DNA from: Candidatus Micrarchaeia archaeon
GTDB lineage: Archaea; Micrarchaeota; Micrarchaeia; CAILAH01
Length of the DNA: 64,000 nt
NCBI GenBank assembly: GCA_038874595.1
Contig: JAVZCB010000002.1
Coordinates: 135,850-199,849, forward strand
Reading direction: 5' to 3'
A program made the translations under genes and the position numbers. This document shows, piece after piece, positions 19,938-29,822 of this stretch. The notes under the pieces are model-generated. The model was not told the DNA's origin, ran no database searches, and saw only the letters and a program-made list of their open reading frames with translations. Numbering within the stretch: the stretch's first letter is position 1; each line of letters opens with the position of its first letter.

Positions 19938-21314
19938 TTGAACAAACCATATTTATTATATTTAGGTTTCCGAGAATATTCTATGCCTCCAAACCCAATT
20001 CTCATAGCATACTCTGAGATAGGAACTAAAGGTGAAACAACCAGACCGCGTTTTGAAAAGATACTGCTGAATAATATAAAGAGGTTGGGTGCAAAAATTA
20101 AAATATCCAGACAAAGCAGGAGAATATTAGTTTATCCGATAACTGAAAAGGATAATGCATTCTTATTAAGCAAATTAAGGTATGTGTTTGGGATAAAATA
20201 TTATGCACCGGTTAAAAAAACCACGTTTAATAGTATTGAGGAGATTGCAGATTTTGTTGCTGAAATATATTGTAAAAAGGTTGTTGGAAAAACATTCAGG
20301 GTGACTGTGCACAGGGTTGGAAGACATAACTTTAATTCAATTGATGCACAAAGGGTAATCGGTGCCAGGCTGGTTGAATGTGGCGGGAAGGTCAATCTCA
20401 ACAATTTTGAAATGGAAATTGCTGTTAATATAAAGGATAACGTTGCGTTTGTGTTTGATGAAAAGATATGTGGCCCAGACGGCCTGCCTCTTGGTTCTGA
20501 AGGTAAAGTGCTTGTATTATTCTCAGGGGGTATTGACTCGCCTGTTGCTGCGTGGCATATGATGCGCCGCGGGTGCTCGCCAACTTTCCTTTTTGTAAAT
20601 TTAGGGGGAAGAGATAACTTAACAAAGGTGTATAAAGTATACAAAAAACTCGTTGATGTTTGGGGATGTGAGAATGCTCCTTTTCTGGTTGCCGATGGTA
20701 ATAAAATCATCTCTGAAATAACAAAAAAAATAAAACCATCTTATAGGCAAGTTGTGCTAAAAAGGGCATTCTATGAGATTGCTGAGAAGGTTTGTAGGGA
20801 GTATGGATTAGATGCAATTGTTACTGGAGAATGTGTTGGCCAAGTATCTTCCCAGACTATAAAAAACCTGTGGGCAATAGGACACAATACAAACTTGCTC
20901 GTGCTCAGGCCCCTCATTGGAATGAACAAAGAAGATTGTGTATGTAAGGCACAAGAAATTGGTACGTATGATCTCTCTATAGAAATTGGCGAGCTTTGCA
21001 ACATATCAAAGGGAAGTGTAAAACTTTCTGCGAGGCCTTACGAGGTTGATAGGGAATATTCACATATAAGAGATGTAGTTAAAAACATAAATGTAACTCA
21101 AGTTACACACATCCGGGCTACGCACCATAAAAATAATATCACAAAAACCATAGATATAGATAAAGAAAAAATAAACTACTCTGAGCTTGACCCTAAAGTA
21201 GAATACGTCATTGTATGCAAGGATGGCGTGCGGGCATCTATTGAATGCGACATCCTGCGCGGTATGGGATATATGTGTACTAGCAGGAAAAAACATTCTT
21301 CGGATAATAAATAA
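19938..21314 (+). CDS. thiI: tRNA 4-thiouridine synthase ThiI with C-terminal rhodanese domain
   Basis: THUMP region, PP-loop VLVLFSGGIDSPVAAW, and rhodanese active-site loop VIVCKDGVRAS. Confidence 0.85.
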   Translation: MNKPYLLYLGFREYSMPPNPILIAYSEIGTKGETTRPRFEKILLNNIKRLGAKIKISRQSRRILVYPITEKDNAFLLSKLRYVFGIKYYAPVKKTTFNSIEEIADFVAEIYCKKVVGKTFRVTVHRVGRHNFNSIDAQRVIGARLVECGGKVNLNNFEMEIAVNIKDNVAFVFDEKICGPDGLPLGSEGKVLVLFSGGIDSPVAAWHMMRRGCSPTFLFVNLGGRDNLTKVYKVYKKLVDVWGCENAPFLVADGNKIISEITKKIKPSYRQVVLKRAFYEIAEKVCREYGLDAIVTGECVGQVSSQTIKNLWAIGHNTNLLVLRPLIGMNKEDCVCKAQEIGTYDLSIEIGELCNISKGSVKLSARPYEVDREYSHIRDVVKNINVTQVTHIRATHHKNNITKTIDIDKEKINYSELDPKVEYVIVCKDGVRASIECDILRGMGYMCTSRKKHSSDNK

Positions 21315-21315
21315 A

Positions 21316-22311
21316 TCACAAAAATATCTCTTTTCTTTCCTTATCAATATTAAGTTTGATACCTGCGATCTTGCTTATCGTATATATATTTGTGGAAGCG
21401 TGGCTGGAAAGTAAGTTGTATCTTAACCTGCCTTTCCCTGCAAGTACAACATAAACCATCAGCTGGTCTACCATGTTTTGGTCTAATGCATTATGTTGTG
21501 CATCTTCCCTGTACAAGCGCAACAATTCATCCACCACCACTTCTGCTGGTTTGCCTGCCTGGCCAATCACATCAACACCTATATTATAATTATCATACTC
21601 ACTGATGAGCGTTATGGAATTCCCTTTGCTTGCACAGTTCATATAATTTGTTTTTATTACCTCGGTGCTGCTGCCTAAAGCACTCTTTATTCTTGCTTCT
21701 TCCCTTTCTAAGATGTGTGTGGGAAGATCAGCTAGTAATATGTACGCTGTTGTCTTTTTGAGTGCACCGCGCCCTGTAAGTTCTGCATTCTGTACGCCAG
21801 AGGGAAATATGGTAAGGCATACCTCACCACCACCCTGGGGGTAAAAGCCAGGCCGTTTCAGTTCAATGTGTGCCTTCACACCCATCCGCTGTATATTCGG
21901 TAAAAAGCAATAAGCAAAGTATTCGTATGTTGGCGATTTTATAACGTGTGTTCCTCCTTTAATTGTAACCGTGCTTTTTGCATCTGCAAATGTAAGTATA
22001 GGTATAAGTGCTTGCAAAAGCAGCGTTACCGAGCCCGCCGTGCCTATATCAAATTCAAAATCGCCCGCCTTAATCTCTGTTGGATAAAAAGATAACTTTG
22101 TTGAATTTAAGGTATTTCCTTCCACTTTTGCATTACACACTTTTGCAACAGCATTAACCGCTGCGAGGTGCTGAGGCAGGAGGCCTGGTTTTGGTCTGTT
22201 AGCCCTTATTTTAGTTATTGTGAATGGCGCTTTATATATTGCGCTTAAAGAAAGGGCAGTCCTAAGGATTTGGCCTCCGCCTTCTAAATATGACCCGTCT
22301 ATCTCTATCAC
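21316..22311 (-). CDS. rtcA: RNA 3'-terminal phosphate cyclase
   Basis: N-terminal [22 protein letters not shown] and overall length and architecture. Confidence 0.9.
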   Translation of the reverse strand: MIEIDGSYLEGGGQILRTALSLSAIYKAPFTITKIRANRPKPGLLPQHLAAVNAVAKVCNAKVEGNTLNSTKLSFYPTEIKAGDFEFDIGTAGSVTLLLQALIPILTFADAKSTVTIKGGTHVIKSPTYEYFAYCFLPNIQRMGVKAHIELKRPGFYPQGGGEVCLTIFPSGVQNAELTGRGALKKTTAYILLADLPTHILEREEARIKSALGSSTEVIKTNYMNCASKGNSITLISEYDNYNIGVDVIGQAGKPAEVVVDELLRLYREDAQHNALDQNMVDQLMVYVVLAGKGRLRYNLLSSHASTNIYTISKIAGIKLNIDKERKEIFL

Positions 22312-22370
22312 ACTCTTTTTTCAGGAAAACATATTATTTAAAAGGGAGTGGGGAGGGGTCACTTCCACTA

Positions 22371-22413
22371 TTATTTATATATAATAAATATAAAATTTTG
22401 TTACTCAAGTAAC
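22371..22413 (+). promoter_or_regulatory. TATA-rich promoter plus a 6-2-6 perfect palindrome GTTACTcaAGTAAC ending 2 nt before the ATG
   Basis: ttatttatatataataaatataaaa at about -45 to -20. The palindrome sits at 22400-22413 directly abutting the start codon at 22416. Confidence 0.4.
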
Positions 22414-22415
22414 AT

Positions 22416-22667
22416 ATGGCAAAATTAAACCTTCTTTACGTTTATGACATAAAACCCCAAAACCCCTCAAAAAAAGGCAGCATAAAAAGAAATTTTTATT
22501 ATCATATGGAAAAGTTACGCCCCTTCATAAGAAGGGCCACAGAGTCGGTTATTTTAACCTCAAAGGAACACGAGAGCACGATAGATGGCTTTTTTATGCG
22601 CTTCCTAAATGATGTAGAAGTATACAAATGTGATATAACTAAACTAACAATCCTTAAAAAAATGTGA
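22416..22667 (+). CDS. small Lys-rich hypothetical protein (83 aa)
   Basis: ORF with a well-placed TATA box. No recognisable domain. Confidence 0.35.
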   Translation: MAKLNLLYVYDIKPQNPSKKGSIKRNFYYHMEKLRPFIRRATESVILTSKEHESTIDGFFMRFLNDVEVYKCDITKLTILKKM

Positions 22668-22723
22668 AATCAATTAAACGTAGCCCACACCGGATATAAA
22701 AGAGAATAGTGGAAGAAACCCCC

Positions 22724-22996
22724 CTATCTCTCTTTATAGTTGTCTTCTACAATAACAACATCACCGACAGATTTTACTTTTTTATAAAGGATGCTTTTAT
22801 CCTTAAGAACCTGCCTGGCCTCCTCACGTGAGCTAATGCTGGTGAGAGGTTCCATAGAGATGCGAATTACCTCGCCTTTCTCTAGATCCACGATAACGTC
22901 CTGGACTTTACCAACAAACTTACCGCTTGCCGTGAAAATGTCCATGCCATAGAGGTCTGCGATGTTTAATGCCATTTTACCACCTACACTATACAT
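22724..22996 (-). CDS. PRC-barrel domain protein
   Basis: MALNIADLYGMDIFTASGKFVGKVQDVIVDLEKGEVIRI matches the PRC-barrel pattern. About 90 aa. Confidence 0.6.
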   Translation of the reverse strand: MYSVGGKMALNIADLYGMDIFTASGKFVGKVQDVIVDLEKGEVIRISMEPLTSISSREEARQVLKDKSILYKKVKSVGDVVIVEDNYKER

Positions 22997-23040
22997 TATA
23001 TAGTAAAGTATTTATTCTTTATAGAGTAGTCTCTTCCTAT

Positions 23041-23304
23041 ATGACAATCCCATTTATTCGTGAGCGACCCGCGGCAATAATGTTACTTTTAAGAAATACA
23101 ACAAAAACGTGGTGCGTTTCCTCACTCTCTCGTGAAGCAGGGCTCACATATCTTCACACACTGCATCTTTTATCCCAGATGTATAATTTAGGGTTGGTGG
23201 ACTATAAAAAAGAGGGAAGGAGGAAAGTAGTTTTCTTAACAGAAAAAGGAAAAAGTATATCCTCAACCTTAAACCAGCTGATTGATGATTTAAAAGAACA
23301 ATAA
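23041..23304 (+). CDS. winged-helix transcriptional regulator
   Basis: LSREAGLTYLHTLHLLSQMYNLGLVDYKKEGRRKVVFLTEKG is a wHTH recognition helix plus wing. Start placed at the internal Met. Confidence 0.5.
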   Translation: MTIPFIRERPAAIMLLLRNTTKTWCVSSLSREAGLTYLHTLHLLSQMYNLGLVDYKKEGRRKVVFLTEKGKSISSTLNQLIDDLKEQ

Positions 23305-23308
23305 ATAA

Positions 23309-23674
23309 TTAGACAACCCTTAATGTGATTTCCTTAAGTGTACTCCCAATTATGTGTGAGAACCCTCTATAGTGTTTGTTTGCGGAAACCTTTACAGTAT
23401 AACTCCCCGGCGTTGTTTTTGGGTGTGAGAATAAATCCACAAAAAACACCTTCTCCTCATTTGGGAGCATTTTTCCAATTCGGATTTCTTTTTTGAAAAC
23501 AATACCTGTCTTATCAAACCCAACAGCCGTCGGTATATCCACAACAAGGCTTGCAAGAACATCCTCGGGCTCCTTGTTTTTGAGCCAAACCTTCATTTGT
23601 ACAGGTCTCTCATCACCTTTTTTCAATCTGAGTGGTGATAACTCGATTTTCATATCAAACGGTGAACCAGCCAT
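23309..23674 (-). CDS. hypothetical beta-rich protein (121 aa)
   Basis: ORF only. Divergent from the ATPase gene. Confidence 0.35.
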   Translation of the reverse strand: MAGSPFDMKIELSPLRLKKGDERPVQMKVWLKNKEPEDVLASLVVDIPTAVGFDKTGIVFKKEIRIGKMLPNEEKVFFVDLFSHPKTTPGSYTVKVSANKHYRGFSHIIGSTLKEITLRVV

Positions 23675-23740
23675 GGTATCAACTCCACAATGTGTAATAT
23701 AGTATACAATTATTTTTATAATTTCACAAATAACATAAAT

Positions 23741-26041
23741 GGCATGTGTGACATGTCTATAAAAGGAAATACGCTCGTTTTTGACTGCATTAATTCGCCA
23801 TATGAATTTATGAGCCCGGAATTTATAGCAAACAACATTCGTGCAATGACGACGCTTGTCCGCACAGATTTTGAGAAGATAAGGTATGAGGAGCAGCTGG
23901 TGTTTGAGTTATCGGGTGAAAAAGCAGAGATAATTCTTTCATACATCCGCTTTCTCAAACAGGTGGAAAAGCTCCTTATGAACAAGCAGATATATGGAAG
24001 AGAGGATGATGATTCATATGTGCTTAGGAAAACAACACTTTCAAAAGTTTATGAAGAGCTTATGATGAACCCGCTTTTTGCAGAGCGTACGATAAACGAG
24101 TATAACGAGCCGCAACCTACAAAATCTGCATTTTATGAGGCTTACAAGGCATACAAGGCATGGCTTAAAGGGATACAGCAGAAGCTCCAATCAACAAAAA
24201 TGTACCAGCTTGTAAAGGAAAAGGGAGACATGCGGCAGGCATTTATTTACCTTCTCAACATGAGGGTAATGAAGCTTGTAGATTCCCTCGAACTGCTTCT
24301 TCCGGAGGGTTCCAAACCGCTTGATAAACCAGGGGCAGCTTATGAGCTTGATTATGGATATAAAATTACAATATATGATGTTCCAGGTTCTGAATCCTAC
24401 TGGTATATTATAGATAATCCAATAATTAATTCGCTTCCAGAGGAGGTTATTGTTGAAGCAAGAAAGCTTATTGAAAGAGATATGGGGGCCGTCCGCGGTA
24501 TCCAGGTAAAAGATTACAATCTTTTGTTGGATGAAAAGACGCGCGAGTATCGCAAGTATTTCTTTGAGTGGGCAGATGAGCATAAAGTTCAATTAACGCC
24601 CGAACAGAGCCTCGTCCTAGCACGCGCATGTGCATCGTGGGTTGCAGGCCTAGGCGAACCCATAGAGGCAATATGTCTCGATAAGCGCAACATAACAGAC
24701 ATTTACATTGATTCTGAGAATGCCCCAATATATATTGACCATGCCAATTTTGGGATATGTCATACAGTATATAGGTATAATTCAAAGCTAGTAGACCAGC
24801 TGTTCTTTAACATTTTGGCAACAGACAAGTCAGCAGTTTACGGCCCGCAAAACCCCATAGTTGATGTTGTTATGAAGCGCCTAAATATGCGATGCCACTT
24901 ACAGGGCCCACCAGCAACGTTCGGGGAAAGGCAGGGTGCGCTACGTTTGATGAAACAGACCCCATTCACATACGCGGAATATTTACGCTATCACGCCTTT
25001 TCGGCCTTTTTTGCAGGTTACGATGATACGATGGTTTTTCTTGGAACTTCAGAGGCCGTGCTTGGCTTGAAAGGTGTAGGTAAAACTTCATTTACAGCGG
25101 CAAAGATGATTGCGATTGGAACAAAAACAAGGATAATCCCCATACAAGACATAGAGGAGATACCAGTTGCTGCCTATAGGAAACGCGGGTTTCATATAGG
25201 TGTGATGCGCTCAATGGCTTCAGATAAAGAGGTTGAGCAGGCGACAGCCGGCTCAGCACTCTCACTCGTTGCGCTTACAAGCGCAACACTTCGTATGGGC
25301 GATGCTGCACTCATAATAAACGAGGTCCGCTCACGCGCAGCAATACAAGGTATAATAAATCTTCTGAACACCCAGCCGGGCGTATTTGTCCTTTACAATT
25401 TGCATGCTGAGAGCCTTAAAGATATCCGGGATAGGTTAGAGCTCGTATTCGGTATTCCGGGAGCAAGCATGTTTGCAACTGACAGGTATACTTTCCTGAA
25501 GAAGGTGCGTTTTGGGAGAAAGAGTGCAACATACCGCCTCCTCGGCGCCGCATATGAGAGTAATATAGAAGAGAAGCGGTTTGAGGAGGTTTTTGTATTT
25601 GAAAGGGGGAAAGATATAGAATCATCACAATGCAAAGCGCTGTTTGTTGAAAATCCAGAGCTTAACAAGTGGCTCATTGATGATATAAATCTTGGTGATT
25701 TGCAGAAAAACCTCTCGCTAAAATTTATACCCCCTGCTTTGCAACGGCGCGCAGATGACCGCGGCATTGCACCTGAACAGATGATAATGCAGGCAGCGTT
25801 TAAGGGTAAGGTGTATTCACAAATATATAGGGCGTATGAAAAGTATGGGTATTACGAACTGCTTGAAATGGATTTTGTGCTTAAGGCATCCTCTCTAGCA
25901 AATAAGCTGCTCAAATCGCTTGAAGACGAGGAAGGAAATGTTAATTATGAGGTTGTTGATAGAGAATGGGAGGCAGAATTCCAGCAATTGCTATCTGAAG
26001 AGCTGGAATTTCTTCGCCTTAAGAAAGAGCAGGCGCGGTAA
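23741..26041 (+). CDS. divergent secretion-superfamily ATPase (FlaI/VirB11/TadA class) with long N-terminal extension
   Basis: Ordered motifs: Walker A GLKGVGKTS; Asp box TRIIPIQDIEEI; Walker B DAALIINEVRS (catalytic Glu kept); His box VLYNLHAES. Start set at Met18 so the TATA atttttataattt sits about 25 bp upstream. Confidence 0.5.
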   Translation, partial: GMCDMSIKGNTLVFDCINSPYEFMSPEFIANNIRAMTTLVRTDFEKIRYEEQLVFELSGEKAEIILSYIRFLKQVEKLLMNKQIYGREDDDSYVLRKTTLSKVYEELMMNPLFAERTINEYNEPQPTKSAFYEAYKAYKAWLKGIQQKLQSTKMYQLVKEKGDMRQAFIYLLNMRVMKLVDSLELLLPEGSKPLDKPGAAYELDYGYKITIYDVPGSESYWYIIDNPIINSLPEEVIVEARKLIERDMGAVRGIQVKDYNLLLDEKTREYRKYFFEWADEHKVQLTPEQSLVLARACASWVAGLGEPIEAICLDKRNITDIYIDSENAPIYIDHANFGICHTVYRYNSKLVDQLFFNILATDKSAVYGPQNPIVDVVMKRLNMRCHLQGPPATFGERQGALRLMKQTPFTYAEYLRYHAFSAFFAGYDDTMVFLGTSEAVLGLKGVGKTSFTAAKMIAIGTKTRIIPIQDIEEIPVAAYRKRGFHIGVMRSMASDKEVEQATAGSALSLVALTSATLRMGDAALIINEVRSRAAIQGIINLLNTQPGVFVLYNLHAESLKDIRDRLELVFGIPGASMFATDRYTFLKKVRFGRKSATYRLLGAAYESNIEEKRFEEVFVFERGKDIESSQCKALFVENPELNKWLIDDINLGDLQKNLSLKFIPPALQRRADDRGIAPEQMIMQAAFKGKVYSQIYRAYEKYGYYELLEMDFVLKASSLANKLLKSLEDEEGNVNYEVVDREWEAEFQQLLSEELEFLRLKKEQAR

Positions 26042-26044
26042 CCA

Positions 26045-26809
26045 TTAACTTTCCTCAAGATATACCCCATAAGGCACAAACACCAACAAGCCGTCTTTAT
26101 CATATATTATCAGCTCATCTCCCCCTGTGTTGAATATGTGCTGGCACAAGCATATTTTTCCAGCATTTTCTTTTTCGTCACAACAATTTTCTTCGATGCG
26201 CACAATCTCTTTAGGTGCGAGCCGTAAGTTTCTTTTGAACCTGTGCGATGCGCTTGTATCCCGTATGGTTATTTCTGTATCAACATTAATATCACACAAA
26301 TTTTCAATAGTGAACCCACCATTATCCCATTTTCCAAAGATGCATTCCTTGTAAAGGCTAGCCTTCCACATACACCCAGGTATATCTCTCCCCATGCTTT
26401 CAGCCTCGAAATACCTTTTCCAGTTAATACCCTCTTCTCTTCCATAATAAACATTTGCAAAGCCATTTGCCAGCATTGCATGGTTTACGTTTTTACCATT
26501 ATAATATACCTCTGCCAAGGCCCTTCCGTATTTTTCCTTTCCGTAAATTATAACCGACACCTCCTTCCCCCAAATTAAAGAGGTAAGGAAATTCTTCGCC
26601 TCCTCATAACAAAGCTCACCTTTTTCAGGCGTGTTTATACCAACCAAACGATACTTATTACCAGCATTATCTTCAAACGTATCGCCATCAATTACGTTGT
26701 ACACGAGCACTTTCTGTGATGTGACTCCAAACAAATAATCAACAACCAGGATGGCTGCAATAATAAAAATAGCAATCGCAACACCGTGCTGCCAGCGTAT
26801 CTTTATCAT
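26045..26809 (-). CDS. membrane-anchored staphylococcal-nuclease (SNase/thermonuclease)-like nuclease with C-terminal Cys-rich domain
   Basis: N-terminal TM (VAIAIFIIAAILVV). SNase motif VIDGDTFEDNAGNKYRLVGINTPEKGE. A Cys-rich tail of about 120 aa. Start chosen at MIKIRW, placing the palindromic TATA tgttttaaaca about 26 bp upstream. Confidence 0.65.
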   Translation of the reverse strand: MIKIRWQHGVAIAIFIIAAILVVDYLFGVTSQKVLVYNVIDGDTFEDNAGNKYRLVGINTPEKGELCYEEAKNFLTSLIWGKEVSVIIYGKEKYGRALAEVYYNGKNVNHAMLANGFANVYYGREEGINWKRYFEAESMGRDIPGCMWKASLYKECIFGKWDNGGFTIENLCDINVDTEITIRDTSASHRFKRNLRLAPKEIVRIEENCCDEKENAGKICLCQHIFNTGGDELIIYDKDGLLVFVPYGVYLEES

Positions 26810-26867
26810 CACTCTTCTCTTTTTATGAAATGTTTTAAACATTAATAACCCAAAATTTCCAGATGGG

Positions 26868-27231
26868 GCCATGGTGCAACCTGGCAACACGGCTGGCTCC
26901 AGACGAAGGGCAGACACCTACGGTTTCCGCCCTTCGCAACCCTACTTTCCCCTACGGGAAAAGGGACTGGTTTAATGAGAACTTTTTGGATGGCTAAAGG
27001 CCTCACCAAAAGAAGTTCGATGATTGCATAAACTGGAGCTTGTCAACACGCCCATTTGCATATGCAAATGGCGCATCATCCGCTTTGGCGGATGCTTGTG
27101 ACATGACCTGTCGTGTTGTATTGAGAAACCAGCAAATCGGGGTTCAAAAGAGGAGAGGAAGGGGGCTTTGCCCCCTCTCTCCCTCTACTCTCATACCTCT
27201 GAGGGGCGTGAAATGGAAATCCTCGTGGCCC
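26868..27231 (+). ncRNA. candidate structured RNA, about 360 nt, with paired 5' and 3' ends (SRP-RNA or RNase-P-RNA size class); identity unresolved
   Basis: GC-rich island without a credible ORF. 5' GGGGCCAUGG pairs with 3' CGUGGCCCC. Internal hairpins: 20-bp perfect palindrome CCATTTGCATATGCAAATGG (27052-27071), CATCCGC-TTTG-GCGGATG, and a 16-bp stem GAGGAGAGGAAGGGGGC-TTT-GCCCCCTCTCTCCCTC. A TATA-like element lies about 27 bp upstream of 26868. Confidence 0.4.
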
Positions 27232-27285
27232 CATCCTTATTAAAGCTTAAAATACTTACGACAGACATTTAAAAGGGGTGTATAT

Positions 27286-27696
27286 ATGGATTTAAAGAAA
27301 ACATGGGAACTTGCAAAAATGCCAGTAGTTGCTTTGGTAGTCTTAAGCATACTTTCTTTGATTATAGGTGTGCTTGCCCCAACAATGGGTATGATTGTTG
27401 GGTCGCTGGTTGGCCTGATAGGTCTAATTATATACATATATGCAGGTTACGTGGCAGCCAAAAACAAGATGGGGCTCGTTGAAGCCGGCCTGGTTGGTGC
27501 TGTTGTGGCGTTGGTTTCCGGCATTATCAACGGCATACTCGGCTTGCTGGCTGGCATGTTTATGATGGGCCCGAACGCACCAGCGTTTATTATAACACTC
27601 GGCTTGCTGGCAGTAGGCATCGTTGTCGGCGTGGTAATCGGTTTTGTACTGGCATTAATAGGGGCTGTGCTAGCCGGCTTTATAGGAAAGAAGTAA
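27286..27696 (+). CDS. small Gly/Ala-rich four-TM membrane protein
   Basis: SD-like AAAGGGGTG upstream. Four hydrophobic helices rich in GxxxG. Confidence 0.5.
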   Translation: MDLKKTWELAKMPVVALVVLSILSLIIGVLAPTMGMIVGSLVGLIGLIIYIYAGYVAAKNKMGLVEAGLVGAVVALVSGIINGILGLLAGMFMMGPNAPAFIITLGLLAVGIVVGVVIGFVLALIGAVLAGFIGKK

Positions 27697-27697
27697 T

Positions 27698-28756
27698 TCA
27701 GAGCTTATTTTTACATTTTTTCATTATCCAGTTGGCATCAATACACTCGTAATTGATAATAGGTATCTCCTCCAACCCTTCCAAAATATCGGCAAGCCCA
27801 GTGATGCTGTGGTTTAAAAATATCTTTCTTTTATCAAGAGGATTATCAAGGAGCTTTTCTGCCAGTGCGGTAACCTCAGAATCAGTAAGAAGGCTTGTGA
27901 GCAGCACGGGGTCAAACTCCTTGAATGTCTTTTCAATTATTTCATAAATTGCCTCTAAAGTTATGGTTTTAAGCCGTCCATCTATCTTTCCATACACTTT
28001 GTCATACATAAAATCCTTCAGCCTTGCGAACAGTTTCGCTTCCTTTGAATCAGAAAAGGCCACGTATCCCTTTTCTAAGCTTTCATTAACAAGCGCATTT
28101 ATGCAGTTATCAACCCGCTCACGCTGGCAACACCCAAGCGCAACCGCCTCATATGGGAGTTTCTTAAGATAACCCAGTCTTTCAGAATCATTGATATCTG
28201 AGAATACATACGCAAGCTTATCTGCAAGCATCACAACGTTCCATTCCTGCGGGACCTTCTCGCTCACATCCAGCCGCCCACTCCCGCGGGAGTGGTAAAG
28301 GATCCCACCAGCTGTTTCAACACATATATTAGTTCCCTTTCCTGCCCTTTCAACAAGCTCGAGAACAACAATACTATTTTTCTCGTGCCTGAAACCAGGC
28401 CTTATTTTAGCGAGCAGTGCCTCACCAGGATGGCCGTAAGGAGTATGGCCGATATCATGCCCAAGCGCAACAGCTTCACATAAATATTCATTTAACCCCA
28501 GCCGCATTGCGATAAGTTTTGAAATCCACACAACCTCATTTGTATGGGTTAGCCTAGTTCTTATATGAGGATTATCTGGGACAGTGTAAACCTGTGTTTT
28601 GCTTTCAAGCCTTCTTAGAGACTTTGATTGTGCTATTTTATATGAATCAATGAAAAAGGGCGAAAACCTCCCATAAAGCCCCTTTTCATCATCATTCTCG
28701 CAAAACCTCCTTCCATTATCAGGATGCCTTTTAAGCTTCTTCATGCGAAAATTCAA
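27698..28756 (-). CDS. HD-domain dNTP triphosphohydrolase (dGTPase-like)
   Basis: LGHDIGHTPYGHPGE is the dGTPase-family HD signature. Confidence 0.75.
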   Translation of the reverse strand: MNFRMKKLKRHPDNGRRFCENDDEKGLYGRFSPFFIDSYKIAQSKSLRRLESKTQVYTVPDNPHIRTRLTHTNEVVWISKLIAMRLGLNEYLCEAVALGHDIGHTPYGHPGEALLAKIRPGFRHEKNSIVVLELVERAGKGTNICVETAGGILYHSRGSGRLDVSEKVPQEWNVVMLADKLAYVFSDINDSERLGYLKKLPYEAVALGCCQRERVDNCINALVNESLEKGYVAFSDSKEAKLFARLKDFMYDKVYGKIDGRLKTITLEAIYEIIEKTFKEFDPVLLTSLLTDSEVTALAEKLLDNPLDKRKIFLNHSITGLADILEGLEEIPIINYECIDANWIMKKCKNKL

Positions 28757-28787
28757 ACATTTCTGTTTTAATAATATTGCGTTCTCC

Positions 28788-29819
28788 TCACTCAGGGTAT
28801 GCCTCCTTGATTAATTTTTGCATTTCAGGTGATGCAAAGTGCTCTCTCACCGGCCTGAGTACCTCGGCAAGTTCCCTTGCCATAGCAGCTTTCAGGTCCA
28901 TCGGATGTAGTTTTTCTTCCTTGTACATTTTTTCCAACTCATTGTAGCTGCTAATTTCAACATTTCCTCCAAACTTCTCAGGCCGCTCAACAAGAAATCT
29001 TTTCCCTTTCCTTTCAAGAAGCGGGAACATAACCACCTTTGCAAATGCAAGCACACCGTTTCCTTCAACCTGCCCTACTGGACAGTATGCCTTTGCAAAT
29101 TTTTTCTTTATATCCTCTTCACTATCAAGCAGGTCAATCTTTGACTCCGGCTCAGACGAGCTCATCTTACCCCCAGACAGCCCAGGCATCATAGGGTTCA
29201 TAAGATGTATCCTTTTCCTGTAGCCTATTTTAGGCAATATTTCTGCGGCAAGCACAAATATTTTCCTCTGGTCAAGCCCTCCAAACTGTGCATCAACACC
29301 AAGATACTCCTCATCAAGCGCCTGCAATAAAGGATAAAGCAATCCACCCAGCTTTGGGTTATCAACCTGCTTTACCACTTCCGCCCCCGCTTTCTTTGCA
29401 TCGTGCACACTCACGATAGACGAAAGCCTATATACATCTAGCGTGTATTCCCTGCTCAATTGCATATCTGTGCCTTTCACAAACCTTAGCTTTTTGATAT
29501 CCACACCTACACTTTTCAACAGCTCTTTCATTATATGCTCATAATACACAGTCCTTTTTGCAAGCAGCTCCCACGGCGCCTTCATATTATCAAGATAGGC
29601 GTGCAGGTCGGCCAGCAAAATAGTTACCTCACACTCAGCATCTAAAAAATCCGCAATTTTCATAGCCGGCACGAAGTACCCTATATGAGGCCTCCCAGTA
29701 GTAGCAGTTCCAAGATATATTTTAAGATCCCTCTTTTCAAGTATACTTCTAAGCTCCTCTTCGCCTATAACCTCTTCAAGGTTTCTGGTTATTAATTCAT
29801 ATTTTCTGCCGGCGTCCAT
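28788..29819 (-). CDS. tyrS: tyrosyl-tRNA synthetase, archaeal type
   Basis: [30 protein letters not shown] (KMSKS), KAYCP, RPEKFGG and ELHPMDLK are collinear with archaeal TyrRS. Confidence 0.9.
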   Translation of the reverse strand: MDAGRKYELITRNLEEVIGEEELRSILEKRDLKIYLGTATTGRPHIGYFVPAMKIADFLDAECEVTILLADLHAYLDNMKAPWELLAKRTVYYEHIMKELLKSVGVDIKKLRFVKGTDMQLSREYTLDVYRLSSIVSVHDAKKAGAEVVKQVDNPKLGGLLYPLLQALDEEYLGVDAQFGGLDQRKIFVLAAEILPKIGYRKRIHLMNPMMPGLSGGKMSSSEPESKIDLLDSEEDIKKKFAKAYCPVGQVEGNGVLAFAKVVMFPLLERKGKRFLVERPEKFGGNVEISSYNELEKMYKEEKLHPMDLKAAMARELAEVLRPVREHFASPEMQKLIKEAYPE

Positions 29820-29822
29820 GCA

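Noticed and set aside
23690-23740. Longer start (Met1, MCNIVYNYFY...) for the secretion-class ATPase
   Set aside because: It would leave only 15 bp between divergent start codons. Met18 places a TATA box at about -25.
26868-27231. tRNA(s) hidden in the GC-rich non-coding island
   Set aside because: Tried cloverleaf folding from GGGGCCA... on both strands. D-arm and anticodon-arm pairings fail, and no T-loop consensus is present.
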